Shown one piece after another: positions 8,437 through 19,564 of a stretch of DNA of 64,000 nt; within the stretch, counting starts at the first letter, position 1; the number at the start of each line of letters is the position of its first letter. The position numbers were made by a program, and so were the translations under genes. The notes under the pieces are model-generated. The model saw only the letters and a program-made list of their open reading frames with translations, was not told the origin of the DNA and did not search any database. Source of the DNA: an uncultured Clostridium sp. (lineage in GTDB: Bacteria > Bacillota > Clostridia > TANB77 > CAG-508); NCBI GenBank assembly GCA_947073285.1, contig CAMTJT010000009.1, positions 355 through 64,354 on the forward strand, given 5' to 3'.

Positions 8437-8694
8437 ATGTGGGTAAGATGCAAAGAGTGTAGAGGCAAAGGGAAAGTCATTTTGGCATATAGCGATATGA
8501 AGACAGACTGCTCAGCTTGTAAAGGAAAAGGTGGGTTTAGAGTTCCCAAAGGTAAGGAAATATGCCCTGATTGTGGAGGAAGCAGACGGGTGGAAGTTCC
8601 TATTTCTTGTATACTAAGTTCTTTGAGAGCAATGGAAGTTTGCAAAAGATGCAATGCCACAGGCTTTATTGACAAGAATCCCACAAGCAAATAA
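8437..8694 (+). CDS. Stand-alone DnaJ-type zinc-finger protein, 85 aa, four CxxCxGxG-like motifs
   Basis: CKECRGKG, CSACKGKG, CPDCGGS, CKRCNATG. Good RBS and a terminator. Contains the only normally read in-frame CGG that I found (8587-8589). Confidence 0.7.
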   Translation: MWVRCKECRGKGKVILAYSDMKTDCSACKGKGGFRVPKGKEICPDCGGSRRVEVPISCILSSLRAMEVCKRCNATGFIDKNPTSK

Positions 8695-8695
8695 A

Positions 8696-8737
8696 TAGTA
8701 AGACCGCTTATCATTTTTAGATAGGCGGTCTTACTAT
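8696..8737 (+). terminator. Terminator-like hairpin (tagtaagaccgc...gcggtcttacta)
   Basis: GC-containing inverted repeat directly after the stop codon. Confidence 0.6.
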
Positions 8738-8887
8738 TGGTTTGCTTGAGAAGAGCAATAGTATTGCAAATTAGTATGGTATAATTATATTAAAAGTAAA
8801 ATAAAAGTTAAATAAGGAGTTTGAAAAGGTAAAAAGTTAATAATAAAAAGCTGAGGCAATAGAATTAAAGAACATTGAGAATAAATA

Positions 8888-8916
8888 TTGTAATTCACAT
8901 AAAACGATGATATAAT
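8888..8916 (+). promoter_or_regulatory. Candidate promoter TTGTAA-17-TATAAT with the same extended -10 TGATATAAT as copy 1
   Basis: Read directly. Part of the duplicated promoter-leader module. Confidence 0.5.
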
Positions 8917-8924
8917 ACAAAAGA

Positions 8925-9008
8925 AGGCTTTTATAAGACCTTCCGATATTTCGGAAGGTTTAAGTAACCCTCCGAAATATACAAAAAAATATTTAGGAGG
9001 AAAAAACA
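8925..9008 (+). promoter_or_regulatory. Structured 5' leader, copy 2 (same hairpin, anti-SD and SD segments)
   Basis: gaccttccgatatttcggaaggtttaagtaaccctccgaaatatacaaaaaaatatttaggagg, almost identical to 8364-8427. Confidence 0.55.
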
Positions 9009-9260
9009 ATGTTGGTAAAGTGCAAAGAATGCAATGGCGAAGGGTTTGTTTTTTCAGAACAACTGAAAATTGCTTTTACCTGCTCTGCATGTAAGGGAAA
9101 AGGTGGATTCGATGTCCCTGAGGGGAAAGAAATATGTCCTGAATGCAAAGGAAGTCGTCATGTTGTAGTTAAAGTAGAAGGCTGTGGGATTGGCATTCAG
9201 CAAAACTGCAAGAACTGCTATGCCACAGGCTTTATTGACAAAGAAACCAACAACAATTAA
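9009..9260 (+). CDS. Stand-alone DnaJ-type zinc-finger protein, 83 aa (paralog of 8437..8694)
   Basis: CKECNGEG, CSACKGKG, CPECKGS, CKNCYATGFIDK. Confidence 0.7.
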   Translation: MLVKCKECNGEGFVFSEQLKIAFTCSACKGKGGFDVPEGKEICPECKGSRHVVVKVEGCGIGIQQNCKNCYATGFIDKETNNN

Positions 9261-9268
9261 ATAATCGC

Positions 9269-9300
9269 AAACCCGCCTATCTTGAATGATAGGCGGGTTT
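9269..9300 (+). terminator. Terminator-like hairpin aaacccgcctatc/gataggcgggttt
   Basis: 13-bp inverted repeat after the stop codon. Confidence 0.6.
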
Positions 9301-9424
9301 ATGTAAAAAAAGATAAAAAATTGTTTACATTTAGAATAACGTGATATATAATACTTATGAATATTACAGAAAAATAACATTATTACAAACACTTTAAAAA
9401 AATATTACAATTATGTTAAATGTA

Positions 9425-9452
9425 TTGACATATTGGCTAAAAGCTATAAAAT
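9425..9452 (+). promoter_or_regulatory. Candidate promoter TTGACA-16-TAAAAT upstream of rsmD
   Basis: Read directly. Preceded by three ATTACA boxes. Confidence 0.45.
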
Positions 9453-9476
9453 AAGGGTATATCATATAGAGGGACT

Positions 9477-10050
9477 ATGAGAGTAATTAGTGGAGTTGCA
9501 AGAGGAACTAAATTAAATTCAATAGAAAGCATTTCTACAAGGCCAACACTAGATAGAGTTAAAGAATCACTGTTTAACATACTACAACCTAAAATTGAAG
9601 ATGCTATTGTGTTAGACTTATTTTCTGGAAGTGGGGCTATTCGGAATTGAATTTTTAAGTAGAGGTGCACAAAAAGCATATTTGTGTGAAAATAATCATC
9701 TTGCCATTAAAATGATATACCAAAACTTAGAAAAAACAAAGTTAACTTCAAAAGCAGTAATAATAGGGAAAGATTATAAAAAAGCTTTACAAATAGCAAA
9801 ACAAGAAAATTTGCAGTTTGATTTTATTTATATAGATCCACCTTATTTAAAAAACTTAGCAGTTGACTCAGTTAAAAAAATTTTATCACTAAACTTACTA
9901 AAAGAAAAAGGAAACCTAATCATAGAAACCGATGATGAGAAACGAGAATTACTCGGATTAAAAGAAATTGAAACAAATATAGAAGTGTATGATATAAGAA
10001 AATACGGAAGAGTGAGTCTTATATTCTTAGCAGAAAAAAGCAAAACTTAA
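9477..10050 (+). CDS. rsmD: 16S rRNA (guanine966-N2)-methyltransferase RsmD, continuous only with a +1 shift at CGG 9642-9644
   Basis: MRVISGVARGTKL...DRVKESLFNIL...LDLFSGSGAI then CGG. The +1 frame continues GIEFLSRGAQKAYLCENN...YIDPPY. The junction restores the SAM motif GSGxxGxE with no gap. Confidence 0.85.
9642..9645 (+). other. In-frame CGG at a +1 frame change (AUU CGG A -> AUU c GGA)
   Basis: The zero frame stops two codons later (cgg aat tga). The +1 frame carries the rest of RsmD. Confidence 0.85.
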
Positions 10051-10086
10051 GAAAAAGTAAGCTTTTAGGTTGAAAGGGGTAAAACA

Positions 10087-10524
10087 ATGGAAATATTCAC
10101 CTTATTAGAAACATTAGAAGATATGTTAGAAAAGAGCAGAAATGTACCTTTTTCTGGTAGATGTGTAGTTGATAAAGAAGAAATGCTAGATATCATTAAA
10201 GAAATTAGGTTAAAACTGCCAGAAGAATTAAAACAAGCAAAATGGGTAAAAGAAGAAAGACAAAGAATATTAGTAGAAGCACAAAACGAAGCAGATGAAA
10301 TTATTAAAGAGGCAGAAAATAGAATTATTTCTATGATAGATGAACATGAAATTACAAGAAAAGCCTACGAGAAAAAAGTAGAAATTATAGAAACAGCAAA
10401 TGAAATGTCACGTGAAATTTCAAAAGGCACAAAAGATTATGCTGATAATGTATTGGCTGGCATTGAAGTTGCACTAGAAGATGCACTAAAAGTAATTCAA
10501 GATAACAGAAAAGAACTAAAATAA
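10087..10524 (+). CDS. Coiled-coil protein of unknown function (ATPase subunit H/b-like helical protein)
   Basis: Good RBS and a long charged helical sequence. No catalytic motif recognised. Confidence 0.5.
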   Translation: MEIFTLLETLEDMLEKSRNVPFSGRCVVDKEEMLDIIKEIRLKLPEELKQAKWVKEERQRILVEAQNEADEIIKEAENRIISMIDEHEITRKAYEKKVEIIETANEMSREISKGTKDYADNVLAGIEVALEDALKVIQDNRKELK

Positions 10525-10705
10525 AGTTTCGGAAAGTCAGTACTCGGAGGTCAAAAATATGGATTTCCAAAGTGCTGATTTTGTTGTAATAGGGAAAAAG
10601 CTGAGGAGTATAAATCTTAGAAAGAATAAATTAGAAATAGTGTAATTAGAATGTTGCAGTTTAATCTATAACAATTGTAACATTAATGCGAGAGGAGTAA
10701 GAACA

Positions 10706-13162
10706 GTGGCTAGTAAAAAAGGAAAAGGAAAGAAAAGAAGAGGGATAGATATTAATATAGCAGTAGTAGTGCTAGTATTACTTAGCATATTACTAATGAT
10801 TTTAATTTATACAAAATCAGGAAGTATTGGAGAGGCACTAAGCCCAGCTTTAGGCGGTATAATGGGATTTATTAAATATATTATTCCAATAGGAATGCTG
10901 ATTATTGCAATTTATATGACACATAATGATAAAGACTATCTTATGGGAAAATTAATTCAATATACCATTTTTTTAATTTGTATTGCAGCTATGCTTAGCA
11001 TTTTTCAAGTAAGCAAAGGTAATTTAAATGCCAATCAAGAATTTTCAAAAATATTAGATAATGCTTATTCTTTAGGAGAAAGAGATATTGGTGGTGGTGT
11101 TATTGGAACAGCTGTTGCGATTCCTCTTATTAATAGCTTAGGAGCAACAGGAGCAGCCATTTTAACAGTTGGTGTTTCTATTATTTTAATTATATTTATA
11201 TTTGGTATTAAACCAGCTGAAATTATCAGTAATTATTTAGATGATTTAGCAGAAAGAAAAGAAGAGCAAAGAGAAGAAAGAAGCAAACGATATGAACAAG
11301 ACAGAAAACAAAGAGAGCTTATCTTAGAAGAAAAGAAAGAAACTAGACGTGAAAAGAAAAATAGAGAAAAGGCAGAAGCAATTAAACTTGCAGCACAAAT
11401 TGGAGAAGAATTAGCAATTAATTTAGAGGAAGAAAAACAAGAACCAGAAGAAATCAAACCAGCAGAAAAAGACGAATTAGAAATTCCATTCTTTGGCAGA
11501 AAAAAAACACAAAAACAAGAAGAAATCATAGAAGAAGTAAAACAACCAGAGCCAGAATCATCACCAGATGTTATAGAGGCAAATTTATTTAAACAAGTAG
11601 AAGAACAAAAAGAAGACAAAGTAAGAGAAGTTTTACAACTAGAACATACAGTTACTATAGATGATGAAAATTATGAATTTCCACCAGTTCAATTATTAAG
11701 TGAACCAGAAAAAAAGGTAAATAGAGGAAACAAGAAAACATTTGATACAGCAGCAAAATTACAAAAAACGCTGTATAGTTTTGGTGTGTCTGCTAAGGTA
11801 GAAAATGTATCAGTAGGACCAGCAATTACAAGATACGAGTTAAAGCCAGCAGAAGGGGTTAGAGTTAATAAAATTGCCAATTTGGCAGATGATATTGCAC
11901 TTAATTTAGCAGCAGAAAGTATTCGTATAGAAGCACCAATTCCAGGTAAACAAGCAGTAGGAATAGAAGTACCAAATAAAGAAAATGAAATGGTACACTT
12001 TAGAGAAATTATTGAATCTAGTAGTTTTGAAGACCATAAATCAAAACTAGCTTTTGGACTAGGAAAAGATGTTGCAGGAGAGGCAGTTGTAACAGATATT
12101 GCAAAAATGCCACACGTTTTAATTGCAGGTGCTACAGGTTCAGGAAAGAGTGTATGTATTAATACATTAATTTCTAGTATTTTGTATAAAGCAAAACCAA
12201 GTGAGGTAAAACTATTAATGGTAGACCCAAAAGTAGTAGAACTTTCTGTATATAACGGAATACCACATTTGTTAATTCCAGTTGTAACAGACCCTAAAAA
12301 GGCAGCAGGAGCATTAGCATGGGCAGTACAAGAAATGGAAAATCGTTATCAATTATTTGCAACCAAAGGAGTAAGAGATTTAAAAGGATATAATGAAACT
12401 GCAAAACAAGAAGAAGGTGCAGGTATTTTACCTCAAATAGTAATTATTATAGACGAGCTTGCAGACTTAATGATGGTTGCCTCTAAAGATGTAGAAGATT
12501 CTATTTGTCGTTTAGCACAAAAAGCAAGAGCTGCAGGTATGCATTTGGTAATTGCAACACAAAGACCATCTGTTGATGTTATTACAGGTATTATTAAAGC
12601 TAATGTTCCATCTAGAATTTCATTTGCAGTATCTTCACAAATAGATTCTAGAACTATTTTAGATATGGTAGGAGCAGAAAAATTGCTTGGAAAAGGTGAT
12701 ATGCTATTTTACCCAGCAGGTAGCCCAAAACCTACTAGAGTGCAAGGTGCATTTGTATCTGATAAAGAAGTAGAAAAAATAGTAGACTTTATTAAATCAA
12801 ACGGAGAAGTAACCTATAATGAAGATATTATAGAACAAATTGAAAATTCAGGAAAATCAGATAAAGAAAGAGATTTAGAATCAGAACAAACAGATGATGA
12901 TGGTGCAGACCCATTTTTAAATGAAGCTATAGAAACAGTTATAGAAACAAGGCAAGCATCTACTTCATTTATACAAAGAAGGTTTAAAGTAGGATATGCA
13001 CGTGCAGGTAGAATTATAGACCAAATGGAAGAAAGAGGCGTTATTTCAGGCTATCAAGGTAGCAAACCACGTGAAGTTCTAATGTCTAAAGAAAGATGGC
13101 AAGAATTAAAAATGACACCAAGTGTAGAAACAGAAGAAAGTGCAACTTCACCTGTAGAATAA
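10706..13162 (+). CDS. ftsK: DNA translocase FtsK/SpoIIIE
   Basis: N-terminal TM segments, a charged linker, Walker [20 protein letters not shown], and a C-terminal gamma winged helix ([22 protein letters not shown]). Confidence 0.93.
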   Translation: MASKKGKGKKRRGIDINIAVVVLVLLSILLMILIYTKSGSIGEALSPALGGIMGFIKYIIPIGMLIIAIYMTHNDKDYLMGKLIQYTIFLICIAAMLSIFQVSKGNLNANQEFSKILDNAYSLGERDIGGGVIGTAVAIPLINSLGATGAAILTVGVSIILIIFIFGIKPAEIISNYLDDLAERKEEQREERSKRYEQDRKQRELILEEKKETRREKKNREKAEAIKLAAQIGEELAINLEEEKQEPEEIKPAEKDELEIPFFGRKKTQKQEEIIEEVKQPEPESSPDVIEANLFKQVEEQKEDKVREVLQLEHTVTIDDENYEFPPVQLLSEPEKKVNRGNKKTFDTAAKLQKTLYSFGVSAKVENVSVGPAITRYELKPAEGVRVNKIANLADDIALNLAAESIRIEAPIPGKQAVGIEVPNKENEMVHFREIIESSSFEDHKSKLAFGLGKDVAGEAVVTDIAKMPHVLIAGATGSGKSVCINTLISSILYKAKPSEVKLLMVDPKVVELSVYNGIPHLLIPVVTDPKKAAGALAWAVQEMENRYQLFATKGVRDLKGYNETAKQEEGAGILPQIVIIIDELADLMMVASKDVEDSICRLAQKARAAGMHLVIATQRPSVDVITGIIKANVPSRISFAVSSQIDSRTILDMVGAEKLLGKGDMLFYPAGSPKPTRVQGAFVSDKEVEKIVDFIKSNGEVTYNEDIIEQIENSGKSDKERDLESEQTDDDGADPFLNEAIETVIETRQASTSFIQRRFKVGYARAGRIIDQMEERGVISGYQGSKPREVLMSKERWQELKMTPSVETEESATSPVE

Positions 13163-13220
13163 TACTATTTTGTTACTTAAATACAATTGTGGTTTATGAT
13201 TACTAGTTTTAACATAATAA

Positions 13221-13256
13221 AAAACCACAATTGCTTGAAAAAGCAAATGTGGTTTT
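13221..13256 (+). terminator. Terminator-like hairpin aaaaccacaattgc/gcaaatgtggtttt
   Basis: Inverted repeat with one mismatch, followed by a T-rich 3' side. Confidence 0.6.
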
Positions 13257-13287
13257 GCATAGTATCAAACTAAAGAAAAGGAAAATT

Positions 13288-15033
13288 ATGGAGAGAAAAG
13301 AAAAAATACTTCGTAAAATAAATTTAAAAGATTATACAAACCGTTTAGAAAAGGTGTTAGAAAAGAAAGATTTTTCTTTGCAATTAAAAAATCTTTTATT
13401 AAGTATGTTTTATAAAATTGAAAATGCTTATTTAGATTATGAAAAAACAAAAGTAGAAGTATGTGAAAAAGGAGAATTTTTAGAAAGAATTATAAAAATT
13501 ATAGAAGAACAATGCAATGAAATTGTTAGTTTTAAACAAGAAGAAACTTTTGTGCAAAATCAAAGAGAAGAAGAAAATAACTTTATAAGAAAAGAAGATA
13601 GTTTCATAAAAGAGAAAAGCCAAAATGATTTTTCACAAGCACAAAATAGGCAAGAAAATGCAGTCCAATTTAATAAAAACAATGTTTTAAATAATAACTT
13701 AGAAGAACCAAATATACAAGAAATTAAAGCTAAAACCAATGAGGGAGAAATTGTAGTAAGAGCCAAAATAGATAAAGAGCAAGGAAAAATAATTGCTTTA
13801 GCAAATGAATTAGTACTATTAGAATCTATTTTAGAAATGAGTAAAAAAGCAATTTGTATTCCAGATGAAGAAAGTTTGATGCAAAAACCACTTACTTATT
13901 TTTTGAATTTAGGTAGTAGAATGCATGAAGAAGAAGTCATACGTGATTTTAATGGATGGTCATGGGATAATAATATAAAAGATATTCCAAATATTGAACT
14001 AAATTTAGTTTTTCAAAATTTTATCTATTTACTTGGACATGAATTTATGATAAATTGGATACAAAATGAAAGTAAATTAGCAGATTATTTGATATTAGCA
14101 TATGATAGGCTAAAACAAGACTTTGGAGAAAAAAAAGCAAAGTCACTTATGGAACTATTTTGCAAATTAGCTATTGAAATAATAGCAAAGCAAGATGAAG
14201 AGCAAAAAGAAATATGGAAAAAACTAAAAAAGCAAAACAATCAAGAACTACGCAAATTAGAAGATAAAAAAGCATATTTAGAAGAAATAACAAAACAAAA
14301 AAAGCTACTTACCAAACAAATTGAAAATATAGATAAGATGCTTAATAATGGAGAGTTGTTACAAAAAGAATATGAACAAAGAAATGAAAAGTTACCAAAT
14401 AAAGAAAAAATTTTTAGTTTAAGACATTTGGTAAATAAAATAGAAATAGAAAGACAAGAATATATAGACAAAATCAAACAATGTAATGTTTTAATTGACC
14501 CAAAAGGTTATGTAGCAAGAAAAGAAGAAATTAAAAACAAGCAAGAATTTTTAGATTTATTAGATTTAGAAGAAAAAGAAGATAAAAGGCAAAGCCTAGC
14601 AAATTTATGTAATTTATTTTTATCTTGTTTTCAAATAAAAATCGCTAAAGCACAAACTAAACAAGAAATAACAGATTATTTTTACAGTTTAAGGTATTAC
14701 TATTTTCTACCATTTGATAGAGATGGGTTAAGACTAAAAGAGTTAGAAATTTTGCAAGAAAGTTTTGAACATACAATAGAATTATTAATAGAAAAAGCAT
14801 ATAAATTAAATATGTTAGATGTTGTGACAGATGATAGTATAGTCAATTACAAAATTATTCGCAATTTATTTGATAGCAAAATGATTGATTTAAATCATAC
14901 TGTAATTGAAACTAAAGTAGAAGATGGTAAACTTTTAGCAGAATATTATGACACAAATATTTTAGAAAGTAGATGTGAAATACAAAGTGAAAAAACAGTA
15001 AAATTAAAGAAAAAAGTAAAATTGTTTGTATAA
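13288..15033 (+). CDS. Large coiled-coil-rich hypothetical protein (about 581 aa)
   Basis: Long uninterrupted ORF. Start moved to ATG 13288, downstream of the ftsK terminator. No family recognised. Confidence 0.6.
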   Translation: MERKEKILRKINLKDYTNRLEKVLEKKDFSLQLKNLLLSMFYKIENAYLDYEKTKVEVCEKGEFLERIIKIIEEQCNEIVSFKQEETFVQNQREEENNFIRKEDSFIKEKSQNDFSQAQNRQENAVQFNKNNVLNNNLEEPNIQEIKAKTNEGEIVVRAKIDKEQGKIIALANELVLLESILEMSKKAICIPDEESLMQKPLTYFLNLGSRMHEEEVIRDFNGWSWDNNIKDIPNIELNLVFQNFIYLLGHEFMINWIQNESKLADYLILAYDRLKQDFGEKKAKSLMELFCKLAIEIIAKQDEEQKEIWKKLKKQNNQELRKLEDKKAYLEEITKQKKLLTKQIENIDKMLNNGELLQKEYEQRNEKLPNKEKIFSLRHLVNKIEIERQEYIDKIKQCNVLIDPKGYVARKEEIKNKQEFLDLLDLEEKEDKRQSLANLCNLFLSCFQIKIAKAQTKQEITDYFYSLRYYYFLPFDRDGLRLKELEILQESFEHTIELLIEKAYKLNMLDVVTDDSIVNYKIIRNLFDSKMIDLNHTVIETKVEDGKLLAEYYDTNILESRCEIQSEKTVKLKKKVKLFV

Positions 15034-15118
15034 GTGATATAGCATTTTTGTGTTTAACGAAACTACATAATAGATGTTAGCTCAAATTTAATAATATAAT
15101 GAAACTAGGAGGAAATCT

Positions 15119-16766
15119 ATGAAAATAACTTTTTTAGGTGCAACTAAAACTGTAACAGGTTCTAACTTTTTAGTAGAAGGTGCAGGAAAAAAATTCTTAA
15201 TAGATTGTGGGATGTATCAAGGTAGTAGTAAAGAAGAAGGTAGAAACCACGAAACTTTTGCTTTTGACATTAAAGAAATAGACTTTATGCTATTAACTCA
15301 TGCACATATAGATCATTCAGGAAGAATTCCAAGACTATATGTAGAAGGATATAGAAATCCAGTAATTACCACAAAAGCAACAAAAGATTTATGCTCTATT
15401 ATGTTGCCAGATAGCCGGTCATATTCAAGAACAAGAAATTGAATGGCGTAACAGAAAAAGAATGAGAGAAGGAAAAGATCCATTACCACCATTATATACA
15501 GCACAAGATGCTTTAGATACTATGGAAATTTTTCAGGCAGTAAATTATGATGAAATTGTAGAAATAGATCCAAATATACATGTACGTTTTAATGATGCAG
15601 GACATATGCTAGGTTCAGCTATTATTGAAGTATGGGTAGATGAAGATGGTAAACGTACAAAAGCAGTATTTACAGGAGATTTAGGAAATAACGACATTCC
15701 ACTTTTATCATCACCAACTATGATAGAATCAACAGATTATTTAGTAATGGAATCTACCTATGGTTCAAGGCTTCACATGAGAAATGATGATAAAGCAAAC
15801 CTATTTTTAAATATTGTATCAGAAACATTAGACAAAGGTGGTACAGTAGTAATTCCATCTTTTGCAGTTGGTAGAACACAAGAGATTTTATATGAATTAA
15901 ATGGACTAAAAGAAAAACAAGATGATGAAAAATTCATGAAAGAATATAAAACATTAATGCAAGCGCCTGTCTATGTAGATAGTCCACTTGCTATTTCAGC
16001 AACAGAAATATTTAGAGAAAACGCCAACTTATTTGATGAAGAAACACAAAAACTAATTCAGGGAGGAGATAATCCACTAGAATTTCCAGGATTGCAATTT
16101 ACAAGGACAGCAGATGAATCCAAAGCTCTAAATGAAAAAAACGAGTCAGCAATTATCATATCAGCAAGTGGTATGTGTGAAGTGGGTAGAATAAAACATC
16201 ATCTAAAACATCATTTATGGGATCCAAATAGCACTATTTTATTTGTAGGATATCAAGCACAAGGAACACTTGGTAGAAAACTAGTAGAAGGTGAAAAAAA
16301 GGTAAAAATCTTTGGAGAAGAAATTGCAGTCAATGCAAGAATTGAATATATTGAAGGTTATTCAGGACATGCAGATCAAGAATGGCTATTAAACTTTATT
16401 TATTCATTTATTACAAAACCAAAACATATCTTTCTAGTTCATGGAGAAGCAGAAGGGCAAGAGATATTAAAAGAGAAAATATTAGAAACTGTGGAAATAC
16501 CAGTTACCATTCCAGATTATGGTCAAACTTATACTTTAGATGAGAACTTAACTATGGAACAAACTGTAAAACCAATAGTAAATAGTATAATTGAAAGAAG
16601 AGATATCCTAGAAAAAATGAGAATTTTAAAAGAAGAATTACAAGATATGGAAGCATTTGTAAAAGAAGAATATCTAGAAGAGGCAAATGACACAAGTATT
16701 CATTTATTAAAACTAAGACTAAATGAAATAGAAGACCAAATAGTAAAGATTGTGGAGAAAAATTAA
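15119..16766 (+). CDS. MBL-fold beta-CASP RNA-metabolising hydrolase (RNase J/CPSF-like), continuous only with a +1 shift at CGG 15416-15418
   Basis: HAHIDHSG motif, then ...CSIMLPDS then CGG. The +1 frame continues GHIQEQEIEWRNRK...ESTYG...HGE. Confidence 0.85.
15416..15419 (+). other. In-frame CGG at a +1 frame change (AGC CGG U -> AGC c GGU)
   Basis: The zero frame terminates 8 codons later. The +1 frame carries 450 further codons of the same family. Confidence 0.85.
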
Positions 16767-16997
16767 AAAACATTAAAGATGAAGACTCTCTAAAAATGGA
16801 AAAATAAAACATACTTTAAGTAAAATGAGGCTAAAGAACACCATAAGCAGTGCTAGTGCTAGTGCTAGTAAAAAGGAGATAGCAATAAGAAAGATTAGGA
16901 TTCCTGCTAATATAAATAAGATTATAGAGTATTAGAGAATACTAAAAATGTAAACTAGAAGCAAATAGTTAGAGAAAAGGTAAAGAAGGGGAAACAG

Positions 16998-18938
16998 ATG
17001 AAAAATAAGTATAATAATGATGCCATTATAGGTGGCAAAAATATTACAGCAAGTTTAACAAAAAAAGGAGAACTCTTAAGAGTTATGTATCCAGCACCAG
17101 ATTATAGAAGTTGGATAGAAGAATTCTTAACAGGTGTAAAAATTAATGATTCTGCCATGATATATTTGCATGATGATATTAATAATACCTATTCACAATA
17201 TTATACAGAAAATACAAATGTATTACATACTGAAATTACCAACACCTATTTTAATCTTTTAATAAAACAAACAGATTTTGCTTTATTAAAAGAAGATATT
17301 TTAGTAAAAAAATATCAATTTGAAAATAAAAACAATATAGAGTTAAAGGTAAATTTTTTAACACATGCAAAACTACTATCAGACTTTAATAACATGGTAG
17401 GAGCAGAAATAAAAGATAATTGCCTAATTCAATATTGCCATGATTATAGTATGTACACCTTTTCAAATTATCCCCTTTTAAGCTATCAACTAAATGATAC
17501 TAAACAAACTATTAGTAGTGGAGAAATTCATGATAAAGACTATATTGGTATGTCTTCAGACTCTAGTATCTCTTATGATATTGGTATCCTAAAACCAGGA
17601 GAAAAAAAAGAACTAGTGTTATATATGTATTTTAGAGATAACAACCAGAAATTTGCAGAAGAAGACCTAAAAAAACAAATTACACAAATTACCAGATTAG
17701 ATATAAATAAAGAGCAACAAGCTATAGAAAAATATTGGAAAAAATATGTAAAAGACCATACTACAAGAGAATTACTTCCAGAAACAAATACATTTAATAA
17801 AAAAGTAAATCAAATTTATCAAAGAAGTATTTTACTATTTCCATTATTAACCAATCAAGAAGTAGGTGGAATTGCAGCAAGTATGGAAGTAGATGAAGGG
17901 TTATCACAATGTGGAAGATATAGCTATTGTTGGCCACGAGATGCTGTATTTATTACAAGAGCATTAGATAAAATAAAAATGAATAAAGAAGCAGAAAAAT
18001 TTTATAAAGTATTTTGCAAAGAAACACAAAATAAAAATGGTATGTGGGAGCAAAGATTTTATACAGATGGCAGGTTAGCACCATGTTGGGGGTATCAAAT
18101 TGATGAAACAGCAAGTGTTATTTATGGAGTTTATGCACATTATGAAGAAACCAAAGAAACAAAATTCCTAAAAGAAACCTATAAAATGTGTGAAAATGCG
18201 ACAAAATTCTTAGGAATTTATATGGATAACATATTAGGAACAAAAGATGAATCAGATGTTGTAAAAAAAGAAATAGAAGAAACTTATCATACAGCAGAAA
18301 GAAATAAACTTCCAGTAAGCTATGACTTGTGGGAAATGCATGAAGGAGTACATTTATATTCACTTAGTTCCATCTATGCAGCTTTTGGAGCAATGAAAAA
18401 AATACATAGTGTTTTAAAGCCAGAATATGAACAAAGCAATCGTTTAAAAGTAGAAGCAATGAATAAATTAGAAAACAAAATGACCAAATATCAAGATGAA
18501 ATAAAAAAATATATGGTAGACAATTTGTATGATGAAAATACTAAAACCTTTTTGAGAAACTTAAATGATAAGCAAACAGATATTAGTGTGGTAGGAGTGG
18601 TTGAACCATTTGCTATTTTTTCACCAAAAGAAAAAAAGGTACAAAATACAATAGAAAAAATAAACATGACCTTAAGAACTTATACAGGAGGTTACTTAAG
18701 ATTTGAAGATGACCACTATTGTGGTGGTAAAAGCCCATGGCCAATAGCAACACTTTGGATGGCAATGTATTATCAAAAAGCGGGTGAAAAGAAAAAAGCA
18801 AATGAATGTATAGAATTTGTAGTAAACACTGCTAACGAACATGGCTTTTTAGCAGAGCAAGTTGACAACCAAACTATGCAACCTAGCTGGGTCAATGGCT
18901 TAGCTTGGTCACATGCAATGTTCATTTTGTCACTTTAG
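16998..18938 (+). CDS. Glycoside hydrolase family 15 protein (glucoamylase/glucodextranase-like)
   Basis: CWPRDAVFITRAL, YDLWEMHEGVHLYS, PWPIATLWMA. The last codons and the stop (tca ctt tag) lie inside a REP-like unit. Confidence 0.85.
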   Translation: MKNKYNNDAIIGGKNITASLTKKGELLRVMYPAPDYRSWIEEFLTGVKINDSAMIYLHDDINNTYSQYYTENTNVLHTEITNTYFNLLIKQTDFALLKEDILVKKYQFENKNNIELKVNFLTHAKLLSDFNNMVGAEIKDNCLIQYCHDYSMYTFSNYPLLSYQLNDTKQTISSGEIHDKDYIGMSSDSSISYDIGILKPGEKKELVLYMYFRDNNQKFAEEDLKKQITQITRLDINKEQQAIEKYWKKYVKDHTTRELLPETNTFNKKVNQIYQRSILLFPLLTNQEVGGIAASMEVDEGLSQCGRYSYCWPRDAVFITRALDKIKMNKEAEKFYKVFCKETQNKNGMWEQRFYTDGRLAPCWGYQIDETASVIYGVYAHYEETKETKFLKETYKMCENATKFLGIYMDNILGTKDESDVVKKEIEETYHTAERNKLPVSYDLWEMHEGVHLYSLSSIYAAFGAMKKIHSVLKPEYEQSNRLKVEAMNKLENKMTKYQDEIKKYMVDNLYDENTKTFLRNLNDKQTDISVVGVVEPFAIFSPKEKKVQNTIEKINMTLRTYTGGYLRFEDDHYCGGKSPWPIATLWMAMYYQKAGEKKKANECIEFVVNTANEHGFLAEQVDNQTMQPSWVNGLAWSHAMFILSL

Positions 18939-18993
18939 GGACGTACTCTTGTGTGACATTTTTGTCACTTTAGGGACGTACTCATGTGTGACA
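18928..18993 (+). repeat. Two direct REP-like units (18928-18958, 18963-18993)
   Basis: tgtcactttagggacgtactcttgtgtgaca and tgtcactttagggacgtactcatgtgtgaca. Confidence 0.85.
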
Positions 18994-19564
18994 TTTGGGG
19001 GTGACTTACCACAGGTCACATATAATGCTTTATAATTGATTTCTAATGCTAAAGATTTAAGTTTATTATAATGCTTTGTAATGGCTAAAACCATAACACA
19101 AGTATGATAATCAATAACACAAGTATTTAATTTTGAAGACACAATTTGAAAGTAAAAATAATTATTAGCAAGTGAGTTATAAGGGGTATTAGAGTGGTGG
19201 TTAATGAAGAACTAATAGAAATTAATCCTGAGACAATATCTTTATTGAAGTCATTAAGTAAAATTAAAGATAAGTAAAGATTTAGTATTTTTAGACATTA
19301 GTTATAATAACATGTGCTTTTGTGTTTTCAAAATGCTGAAACTATAGAAATATATATAAGGAAGAATAACTTAGAAATTTTGAAATCCACAAAGACAAAT
19401 ACTATTAGGTATTAAAAAGTACAAATAAAACGTGAAAGTTTTGTGAAGACTATAGCATATTTAATAAAAGTGTGCTATAGTCTTTGTAGTTTGAGAAATT
19501 TAGGATATATAAATTAGAAAGATAATTTTGGGGGCAAATTAATAATGAAAGTAGGTGTTATAAG

